Shown here: one piece after another, positions 47,753 through 55,807 of the stretch
Layout: each line of letters starts with the position of its first letter
Position numbering within the stretch: position 1 is the first letter of the stretch
Source of the DNA: Candidatus Onthovivens sp.
GTDB taxonomy: Bacteria > Bacillota_I > Bacilli_A > RFN20 > CAG-826
Direction: 5' to 3'
Assembly: GCA_036746835.1 (NCBI GenBank)
Contig: DAIODM010000003.1
Coordinates: 1,033-65,032, forward strand
Length of the DNA: 64,000 bases
Translations under genes and position numbers: made by a program
The notes under the pieces: model-generated
Seen by the model: the letters and a program-made list of their open reading frames with translations, nothing else
Database searches by the model: none
Told to the model about the DNA's origin: nothing

Positions 47753-47775
47753 TTCCAGCCAAAGGGGAAATATTT

Positions 47776-48303
47776 ATGAAAAAAGGATTATTAATTGCCG
47801 GTGCTAGTGTCTTATTATTATCAGGTTTAGCTGCTGGTGTTTTTGCACGTTACCAAACAAGTGTTGATGCTGCTGCTGGTCAAATCAGCTCAAAGCAATT
47901 CGCATTTACTGCTGCTGCTACATATGATACAACAGCTGATTTCAAATTAGCTCCAACCGAGAGTAAAACTGTTGGTACTATTAAAGTTAGTAACTATGAT
48001 GCAAATGTTACTTCTGAAGTTGCTATTAAAGTTAATTTAACTTATACAATCAGTGGAACATTATTTGATGAAATTAAAAAGATTAGTGGTGATTCATTAG
48101 TCTTCCAAGTTAAGGATGGTGCTAATGTTCTTGCTACTGGTTCAGATGTCGTTACATTCACTGCTGGTACTAAACAAGATAAGACTTTAACTCTTGTTGC
48201 TACCTGGAATGGTGATGCTAATGGAAATAGTGCTGAAACTGCTTTAGCTAACAAAGGTTATACTGCTAATTACAAAGTTACCTTAGTTGGTACACAAGCC
48301 TAG
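47776..48303 (+). CDS. Secreted protein with SipW-cognate-type signal peptide (TasA/BsaA-like matrix subunit candidate), paralog 2
   Basis: AAAGGGGA SD. Signal peptide ..LAAGVFARYQTSVD. 175 aa. Ends VTLVGTQA. Confidence 0.78.
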   Translation: MKKGLLIAGASVLLLSGLAAGVFARYQTSVDAAAGQISSKQFAFTAAATYDTTADFKLAPTESKTVGTIKVSNYDANVTSEVAIKVNLTYTISGTLFDEIKKISGDSLVFQVKDGANVLATGSDVVTFTAGTKQDKTLTLVATWNGDANGNSAETALANKGYTANYKVTLVGTQA

Positions 48304-48341
48304 TTGTTATTTCTTTTTAGAAAAAACAAAAATGTTATATA

Positions 48342-48375
48342 ATGGGAATGGGGTTTTACCCATTCCCATTTTTTA
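48342..48375 (+). terminator. Strong intrinsic terminator after paralog 2
   Basis: ATGGGAATGGG-gtttta-CCCATTCCCATTTTTT. A TATAAT box (48338-48343) abuts its 5' arm. Confidence 0.8.
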
Positions 48376-48381
48376 AACGAT

Positions 48382-48993
48382 ATGAGTAAAGATAATAAAA
48401 ACAAAATGAGTGATAATGATGCAGCAAAAGAAGTTGCTGTAACCACAGAAGGTGATGCTACTCCAGAGAGTAGTACTGCTTATCCTAGTGGCGATATTGG
48501 CCTTCTTTATAAAGAATGCGATGAATATAATTCTCCAGCTGCAATTAAGAAAAGAAATTCCAATCATTTTTGGAAGGTTTTTGGTGATATTGTTTTTACT
48601 ATCATTATGGGTGTTTTATGTTACGCAATTGTTATGGTAAATTTAACAAAACAAAATGGTCAAATTCCATTTATTGCAGGATATAGTTTAGAATATGTCG
48701 AAACAGGTTCTATGGAACCTACTTTACCTACTGGATGCGTAATTTTAGCAAAACAAAAAGATAATAATACAGTTGTAAATGTTGGTGATATTATTACTTT
48801 TTATGAAGGATATGATCGAAGTACTGAAGCTCCAAGCAATCGTGTAAGAGTTACTCATAGATTATATGCTGAAACAATAGCGGATGATGGAACAATTTGG
48901 TATACCACTAAAGGTGATAACAATAATGCTCCTGATCAATATCAAATATTATATGAAGATATTATAGCGACTTTTGTTAGGAGACTTTTTTAA
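48382..48993 (+). CDS. sipW: Signal peptidase I, ER/archaeal (SipW) type
   Basis: TGSMEPTLPTG (Ser), VTHRL (His) and TKGDNNNAPD (Asp). An acidic cytoplasmic extension of about 60 aa precedes the single TM. Confidence 0.85.
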   Translation: MSKDNKNKMSDNDAAKEVAVTTEGDATPESSTAYPSGDIGLLYKECDEYNSPAAIKKRNSNHFWKVFGDIVFTIIMGVLCYAIVMVNLTKQNGQIPFIAGYSLEYVETGSMEPTLPTGCVILAKQKDNNTVVNVGDIITFYEGYDRSTEAPSNRVRVTHRLYAETIADDGTIWYTTKGDNNNAPDQYQILYEDIIATFVRRLF

Positions 48994-48995
48994 AT

Positions 48996-50078
48996 ATGCC
49001 ATACAAAACAAAAGCTCCTATTAAGGAAGAAACAAAAGAAGTAGAAGAAGTTGCTACTCGTGGTAGCAAATTTTTTGATGACACTAAGAAAATTAATTTA
49101 GATAATGCTTCTATTGTTGTTCATAATTTAATAAGTTGTGAACATTCTAAGAAAATGGTTGATGGGAAAGAAATTTTAACTCCATTTTTAAGTAATATCT
49201 CGCTTGTTATTGAAAAAGGTGAAGTTTGTGGAATTAGTGCTGAAAATAAAGATGAATTAAGTGTTTTAATCGAAATCTTAGGTAATATGCGTCCATATTA
49301 TAAAGGATTTGTGAAACTAACAAATCTTGGTACAAGTAGTTTTAAACGAGCAATTCTTGATTATATTTTCTATATTGATAGTCATAAGATGGTTTATGAT
49401 GATATGACTTTAATTGAACAATTAATGCTTATTACTATTATGAGTAATAAAGATAAAAAAGCTAATTATGCTAACCTTGAAAAAGGTGTTTTAGATGACA
49501 TTATGGCTTGCCACTTAGAAGACCTTGTTAATGTAAAAATTAAGGCTTTAAGTGTCTCAACAAAGATGGTTATTGCAATTATGGTTGCATGTATGTCTAA
49601 TAGTGAAAAAGTCATCATAAATGCCTCCAATTACACTTTTACTCAAACAGATTGCGATAGAATTAACCATATTTTTGATTATTTTAAAGGGAAGAAAACT
49701 ATCGTACTTGGAACCTTACAATCTAAATTAATTGGTATGTGCTCAAGTCACGTAATTTATCTTGTTCATGGTACTGTTAAAGTTGATTGTTCAATTACTG
49801 AACTCTATGAAAAATGGGATAAAGTTATTTGTAGTATAAGTTGTGATGATCCAAATAGATTATGCGATTTAATTAAAGCTAAATTTAAAGGCACATCTAC
49901 TGGAATTCTTGATGGAGTAATTTATCTAAAAAATTATGGAGACTCAATTGTTTCTTATAATGATTTATATGATTTAAGCACCGAAAATAAAATAAATTTA
50001 AAATTTATTCGCTTTAATAGTGGTCGAGCAGAAAATGCTTTTAACGAAATAAAGGAGACATTCAATGATATATACTAA
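48996..50078 (+). CDS. ABC-ATPase-like protein with degenerate catalytic motifs (pseudo-ATPase)
   Basis: NBD-like order is conserved, but Walker A is GISAENKDELS, the signature position reads LSVSTKM, and the Walker B position reads VIINAS. Confidence 0.65.
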   Translation: MPYKTKAPIKEETKEVEEVATRGSKFFDDTKKINLDNASIVVHNLISCEHSKKMVDGKEILTPFLSNISLVIEKGEVCGISAENKDELSVLIEILGNMRPYYKGFVKLTNLGTSSFKRAILDYIFYIDSHKMVYDDMTLIEQLMLITIMSNKDKKANYANLEKGVLDDIMACHLEDLVNVKIKALSVSTKMVIAIMVACMSNSEKVIINASNYTFTQTDCDRINHIFDYFKGKKTIVLGTLQSKLIGMCSSHVIYLVHGTVKVDCSITELYEKWDKVICSISCDDPNRLCDLIKAKFKGTSTGILDGVIYLKNYGDSIVSYNDLYDLSTENKINLKFIRFNSGRAENAFNEIKETFNDIY

Positions 50079-51537
50079 AGATTATACTGATCAAGAAATG
50101 TCTAAATCCACTTTAAGTGGCGATGGAAATAAATGGAGAATATATGTTTATTGTATTCTTTGTGTTTTGGTCTCGGTTGTTTTAACTCTTCTTTTAAATT
50201 CACTTGATTCTACTATCGTTTCTGAGGCTTTACCTACTTTTACTGGTGCAAACGCTAAGAGTAGTTTTGCTCTTTTAACTTTTTTAGCTCCAATCATTAT
50301 GTTATTTACGATTGGTTACTATTTCGGTAATTATCAAAACTTTACCTTTGCTGAATTGCACACTAATAGAATGTATATGCTAATTAAGATGGGCGCCAAG
50401 ATGAAACAAGTCATTTTGCTACGTATTTATAGTGCCCTTTCTTTACCATTATTCTTATATGCAATTTCCTTTATTATTTCTGTATTTACTTGTCTTCTTT
50501 TTAATTATTCAATTAATATTTTAGCAATGCCTGGACAATTCTTGGCAGGAGTCATAATTATTGTTTTAATTACGATGATTATTCTTACTTTATCTTTATT
50601 CTTTTATAACGAGAAGTATGCAATATTAGCCTTTATTGGTGTTGCTCTTTTAATCATTGCTCTTGGAGTTTTAACGAATTTTACAAACGTCATTCAAGCA
50701 TCAATTAATGTCTCTAATTTAGGAGTTATGTTCGGTGGAGCGACTGGATATTTCTTATTTATATGTTTAGGTTTAATTGTTGTTTGCTTTGTGATTTCTT
50801 TAGTTCGTTCATTTAATTTAATTAAATATTATTCAACTATTAAGGAAACAATCCCTGGAATTGTTGTAATTGATTATAGTAAAAATGTCGTTAAAGCAGT
50901 TAAAAAAGATAATAGTGCTAAAAAGGAAAAAATCTTTAATGGCACGATTATGACTATATTTATTGCGTTTGTTGCAATCTCTTTTGCAACAAATCTTTTC
51001 TTAATTTATATGGCGACAAATAACCTTGAATCGCAATCTTTATATAATAATTACGTTCCAATTATTTTTGGTAGTGAAACAATGAGGCAAGGTGATAGCG
51101 AAGTTGATTCAACGCTTTCTTATCCTCAATTTATTGAAAAGAACGATTTAGCTGTTTTTGAAAATACTTCTAATCAAGATATTAATATTAATGTTGGTAA
51201 CGTTATTTACTACATTAATAGCGATACAAGTAGTGCTGTTATTGTTAAAGTTAAATTAATCGATAGTGATGGATATCATGTTGATGTTACTTATTATCCA
51301 AATCAAGAAGATGCTGGTACCCTTGCAACTACCTTAACTCGTACACAAATTAAAGGAAGACTTGTTTATGTTAACCGTGTAGTTGGAGCATGGGTTACCT
51401 TAAATGATGCAGTTATTGGTAAAATTGTTTTCTTAGTTATTCCATTATTCATAATTATTTTCTATGATAAGATTAGAAAATTTAATAAAGCTTATAAAAC
51501 AATTGAGGATAAAGATTTAGAAGAAAAGAAGAAATAA
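50065..51537 (+). CDS. Polytopic membrane protein (ABC-2-permease-like N-terminal half) with a C-terminal TM/SipW-like domain/TM module
   Basis: About 6 TM, then a TM, a domain alignable by eye to the adjacent SipW (IIFGSETM vs ETGSMEPT; VGNVIYY vs VGDIITF; QIKGRLV), and a final TM. Overlaps the upstream gene by 14 nt. Confidence 0.6.
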   Translation: MIYTKDYTDQEMSKSTLSGDGNKWRIYVYCILCVLVSVVLTLLLNSLDSTIVSEALPTFTGANAKSSFALLTFLAPIIMLFTIGYYFGNYQNFTFAELHTNRMYMLIKMGAKMKQVILLRIYSALSLPLFLYAISFIISVFTCLLFNYSINILAMPGQFLAGVIIIVLITMIILTLSLFFYNEKYAILAFIGVALLIIALGVLTNFTNVIQASINVSNLGVMFGGATGYFLFICLGLIVVCFVISLVRSFNLIKYYSTIKETIPGIVVIDYSKNVVKAVKKDNSAKKEKIFNGTIMTIFIAFVAISFATNLFLIYMATNNLESQSLYNNYVPIIFGSETMRQGDSEVDSTLSYPQFIEKNDLAVFENTSNQDININVGNVIYYINSDTSSAVIVKVKLIDSDGYHVDVTYYPNQEDAGTLATTLTRTQIKGRLVYVNRVVGAWVTLNDAVIGKIVFLVIPLFIIIFYDKIRKFNKAYKTIEDKDLEEKKK

Positions 51538-53499
51538 ATGAAATACCGAACAAAAGTAATTTTACGAAGAATAGCTTTGGCATTTTCAATAATACCATTG
51601 CTTTTTATTGCTGGTTTTTCATTATATCTTTATCTTTTTAAAGTAGAGTTTGATACTAATTTACTTTATATAATTGTCATTTGCTCTAGTTTATTTGCAA
51701 TGGTTATGGGTATCTTCTCAGTTATTTTAAGTTTAAATAAATTAAATGAAAAATATCTTGCTTTATATCGACCAATTTCTGAACTTGTTAGTACCTTTCT
51801 TTTTTCTTACGATCTTAACGAAAAGAAAGTTCATCTTAATAAACATTTAGCAAAATTTATTAATGCTCCTAGTGAAGTATTAACGGTTGATGAGATGCGT
51901 AAATTATTTACGGATGCTGATAATGTAGTTATTCGTTATGATGATTTAGTTCTTAATGGGTCAAGTTATATTAAAGTTCACGCAAAAAATGGTAAATATG
52001 TAGCGTTTAGTTTCTTTGCTAATAAGTATAAAGGTAAAAAATATGTCGTTGGTTATGTAAATGATTTTACGCTTGAATATATTGAGGAACAAAGTTTGCT
52101 TAAAGCTGCTCACCTTGATACATTAACTGAAACTTATCGAAGAAGTTACTTTGTTAAAAATGTCAAAGATAAACTCGAAAACACTAGTGAAAAAGGTGCT
52201 CTTATTTTTATGGATGTCGATAATTTTAAAGGAATTAATGATAAATATGGTCATTCAAGTGGTGATATTGTCTTAATGAAATTAGGCAACTGTTTAAAGA
52301 ATTTTTGCAAAGATAAGAAAGCCTATATTGCACGAAGTGGTGGCGATGAATTCCTTCTTTATTTTTATGATGTAGTTGATTATAGCGACGTTTATGAGTA
52401 TTTAAAGGGACTCGTATATGCAATTAAAACAATTTCTATACCTGATATTGGTTTAAAGCAAATTTATGTTTCAATGGGTGTTTCTTTCTTCCCAATGCAT
52501 AGTAATAATTATGAAGCATTGCTTAAATATGCGGATGATTCCTTATATAGAAGTAAAAGCATTCCTGGAACTGCTTTTACAATTTATGACGAAGATAAAA
52601 TCAATAATGAACTCAATATGGGCAACAAAAATGAGTTAACCAAAAAAGGTATTAAGGTTGAAAAAGATATCTTTAGCGGGCTTTCTCTTGGCGAAGTCGA
52701 ATCCTTATTACGTAAAGCTTTAATAAATCATGAATTCCAAGTTTATATTCAACCAGAAGTTTCTCCATCTGGAAAATCCTTAAAAGGAGAATGTCTTGTT
52801 CGTTGGATTTCTAAAGAAAATGGAATTATTTATCCAAATGGATTCGTACCTTATTTTGAACGAACTGGTTTAGTAAGTGAATTTGATTTTTATATGTTTA
52901 ATGAAGTTTTAGGAATTAGCCAAAAGTATATTAAAAAAGATAGCGATATTAAAATTGCGGTTAATCAATCAATTAAAACAATGGTCGATCCAAATTATGG
53001 TGATCGCATAAAAGAAATTTATAATAAATATCATATTGTTAGAGGAAGTGTTGCAATTGAATTAACTGAAAAAGCAATGTTCACTGGCTTAAGACACATT
53101 AGTAAAGCAATTGATTTATTTCACTCTTTAGGAATGAATATTTTAATTGATGATTTTGGTACTGGATTTACTTCGCTTCAAGTAATAAAAGATATGGATA
53201 TTGATGTTATCAAAATTGACCGTTCTTTCTTATCAAATCAACAAAATGATTTTGCTCGTTGTGAAAAAATAATTAAAGGAATAGTTGATTTAGCACACTC
53301 TTTAAAGATATCGACTATTATTGAAGGTATTGAAAGTGAAGAACAGTTTAAGATAGCAATTCGAACGAATGCTGATTATATTCAAGGTTTTATTTTCTCA
53401 TCTGCAATTCCAGTTGAAGCTTTCTTTAAAGATAAATCTAGTGAGTCTTTCCAAAGACAATTAAAAGAACTTATTAATTCGAGTGAAAAAACAAAGTAA
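51538..53499 (+). CDS. Membrane-anchored GGDEF-EAL protein (diguanylate cyclase/phosphodiesterase)
   Basis: 2 TM plus a sensor-like region. GGDEF intact (ARSGGDEFLL). EAL-domain motifs ECLVRW, NQS, ELTE, DDFGTG, KIDRSF, EGIE, QG. The start codon directly abuts the upstream stop (TAAATG). Confidence 0.9.
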   Translation: MKYRTKVILRRIALAFSIIPLLFIAGFSLYLYLFKVEFDTNLLYIIVICSSLFAMVMGIFSVILSLNKLNEKYLALYRPISELVSTFLFSYDLNEKKVHLNKHLAKFINAPSEVLTVDEMRKLFTDADNVVIRYDDLVLNGSSYIKVHAKNGKYVAFSFFANKYKGKKYVVGYVNDFTLEYIEEQSLLKAAHLDTLTETYRRSYFVKNVKDKLENTSEKGALIFMDVDNFKGINDKYGHSSGDIVLMKLGNCLKNFCKDKKAYIARSGGDEFLLYFYDVVDYSDVYEYLKGLVYAIKTISIPDIGLKQIYVSMGVSFFPMHSNNYEALLKYADDSLYRSKSIPGTAFTIYDEDKINNELNMGNKNELTKKGIKVEKDIFSGLSLGEVESLLRKALINHEFQVYIQPEVSPSGKSLKGECLVRWISKENGIIYPNGFVPYFERTGLVSEFDFYMFNEVLGISQKYIKKDSDIKIAVNQSIKTMVDPNYGDRIKEIYNKYHIVRGSVAIELTEKAMFTGLRHISKAIDLFHSLGMNILIDDFGTGFTSLQVIKDMDIDVIKIDRSFLSNQQNDFARCEKIIKGIVDLAHSLKISTIIEGIESEEQFKIAIRTNADYIQGFIFSSAIPVEAFFKDKSSESFQRQLKELINSSEKTK

Positions 53500-53512
53500 T
53501 TTTGTTTTTTGT
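53485..53512 (+). terminator. Weak A/U-rich terminator after the GGDEF-EAL gene
   Basis: AAAAACAAA-gtaa-TTTTGTTTTTTG. Confidence 0.4.
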
Positions 53513-53552
53513 TGATATACGATAGTTTATAATAATCGTCAGGAGGTATCTT

Positions 53553-54527
53553 ATGATTACTCTTTATAAAACTGAAAAAAACAAATTAGTGACGATTAAA
53601 AAAGGTGATGTTTTACCGTTATTTAAGAGTGGTATTTGGATAGATATCTCTTCACCAACTCCTGAATTACTTTTAACGATATCTAAAAGAACGAAGATTC
53701 CATATGACTTTTTAGCTACTTCGTTAGATCCTGAAGAAAGTGGTCGTGTTGACACTGAAGGAAATAACACCCTTATTGTTTTAGATGTCCCAGTTGAAAT
53801 TAATATGGAAGATAAGAATCATTTAGTATATGAAACTTCACCTTTCATTATTGTTTATAACTCAAATGTTTTTATTACTCTTCATAGAGAAGATATTCAT
53901 TTAGCAGAGTTAATGGCCAGTAAAACTAAAATTGTCGAAACTAATAAGCACGTAAGAATGTCTCTTCATTTTTTCATGACTCTTGCTCAACAATTTATTA
54001 CTGATTTAAAAAATATTGATAAAGAATCACGAGAGATTGAAACGAAACTTCATTCTTCACAAAAGAATAAAGAGTTATTTGAATTAATGGCATTAAATAA
54101 AATGCTCGTTTATTTTTCAACTGCTTTAAATGCAAACAAAAACGTAATTGAAAAACTTAAACGAAGCAAAGAATATAATAAATATGAAGATGATTTTGAT
54201 TTAATTGAAGATGTTCAAGTTGAAATGAACCAAGCAAATGAAATGTGTTCTATTTATCGAGATATTTTAGCTGGTATGATGGATGCTTTTGCTTCTATTA
54301 TTTCTAATAACTTAAATATTGTTATGAAGACTTTAGCAATTATGACAATTGCCATTAGTTTCCCAACTTTAGTTGCTTCATTTTATGGAATGAACGTAAA
54401 TATAAATAGTATGCCTCTTGCACAAGATTCAAATGCTTTTTGGATCATTATTTGTATTTCTTCTATAATTGCTATTCTTATTGCAATTGCCTTATTTATC
54501 TTCGATAGTTTAAAGAAGAGACATTAG
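53553..54527 (+). CDS. corA: CorA-family Mg2+/Co2+ transporter
   Basis: YGMNV motif between two C-terminal TMs. AGGAGG SD. Confidence 0.9.
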   Translation: MITLYKTEKNKLVTIKKGDVLPLFKSGIWIDISSPTPELLLTISKRTKIPYDFLATSLDPEESGRVDTEGNNTLIVLDVPVEINMEDKNHLVYETSPFIIVYNSNVFITLHREDIHLAELMASKTKIVETNKHVRMSLHFFMTLAQQFITDLKNIDKESREIETKLHSSQKNKELFELMALNKMLVYFSTALNANKNVIEKLKRSKEYNKYEDDFDLIEDVQVEMNQANEMCSIYRDILAGMMDAFASIISNNLNIVMKTLAIMTIAISFPTLVASFYGMNVNINSMPLAQDSNAFWIIICISSIIAILIAIALFIFDSLKKRH

Positions 54528-54554
54528 TCTTTTTAAGAAAATAAGTGGTTATAT

Positions 54555-54597
54555 ATGGACTTTTTCAAAATAAAAGTCCATTTTTTTAATGGACTTT
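54555..54597. terminator. Three-arm bidirectional terminator
   Basis: ATGGACTTTT..AAAAGTCCAT-T7-ATGGACTTT. The middle arm can pair with either flank, so it serves both convergent genes. Confidence 0.8.
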
Positions 54598-55807
54598 AGA
54601 ATTTAATAGTTATTTTGAAAAAGGTATTTTCTTTACTATCAACGGTGATTGAATAATTGTATTTATTACAAATTTCTTTAAGAATAGCAAGACCTAAACC
54701 AGACCCTTGTTTTGCTTCTCCATCACGAGATATTTCATCACGATAGAATCTATTAAATATCTTGTCTCTTTCTCCATCTTTAAGGGTACATCCTGAATTA
54801 TATACAGATAAATAGGTTCCTGTTTTATCTTTAAGTAAAGTTACATTTATTATTCCTTTAGCAGTAACATATTTAACAGCATTATCGATTAAAATTTTAG
54901 TGATTTTTTCTACATCTTTTTTGTTGCCTTTAATAGTAATTTCATCTTGAATATTGGTCACATATTCGATATTGTCTTCAAAACAAACCGCATCAAAAGC
55001 GAGAGCAACATTATTAATTGCATCAGTGAGATCGAAGTTATCAATAATAGATTCTTTTTCTTCAACACTAGCAAGACTTATCATATCAAGAATAAGACCA
55101 TTCATATTTTTTGTTTCATTTAAAATATTATTAACCCATTTATTGTCTTCACTTCCGTTTTTTAAAATAGAAGCATTAGCATCAATAATAGTTAAAGGGG
55201 TTTTTAATTCGTGGCTTGCATTACTAATAAATTCTTTTTGTGATTTTTGCGCTTCTTGAATTGGTTTAAGAATCATTCTACTGAGCCAAAAAGAGATTAA
55301 AAAGACAAGAAGTGTACCTCCAAGCAAAGCGAAACTTGAGGTTAAAATCGTGTTACGAATTGAAGTTTGCTCGATTGAACGATCGCATCCAGCAATTAAT
55401 TTATATGATGAGTAATCGGCACTTTTAAAATAAATATAACCTACGTTTCCACTTGTATTTGAGTAAAGATAGTCTAAATTAGTGGTGACAAAATCACTAT
55501 ATACTTCGGTTCCTAATTTATAGGTAACAGTTTTGCTTGAGTCTACTTTAATGACGAAACCTCTTTGGTGATCAAAATCGCCTTTACCAAATCCAGTGTT
55601 TTCTCCAACACTAGAATCATCTTCATTACTCTTTAAAATCATCTGGTTTAGTTGATTATTTATTTGATTATTTTCATTAATAATTAAATAAGAAGAATAT
55701 CCTATTTCAAGACCAATAAAAAGAACAGCAACAATGCCAGTTGTCATCGAAATAATTTTTCTACGAGTTTTTCTAATTAATTTTTGATCTTTACTTATCG
55801 TTTTCAT
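54596..55807 (-). CDS. Sensor histidine kinase
   Basis: 2 TM with an extracytoplasmic loop. H-box SHELKTPL. G-box GSGLGLAI. Confidence 0.9.
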   Translation of the reverse strand: MKTISKDQKLIRKTRRKIISMTTGIVAVLFIGLEIGYSSYLIINENNQINNQLNQMILKSNEDDSSVGENTGFGKGDFDHQRGFVIKVDSSKTVTYKLGTEVYSDFVTTNLDYLYSNTSGNVGYIYFKSADYSSYKLIAGCDRSIEQTSIRNTILTSSFALLGGTLLVFLISFWLSRMILKPIQEAQKSQKEFISNASHELKTPLTIIDANASILKNGSEDNKWVNNILNETKNMNGLILDMISLASVEEKESIIDNFDLTDAINNVALAFDAVCFEDNIEYVTNIQDEITIKGNKKDVEKITKILIDNAVKYVTAKGIINVTLLKDKTGTYLSVYNSGCTLKDGERDKIFNRFYRDEISRDGEAKQGSGLGLAILKEICNKYNYSITVDSKENTFFKITIKF

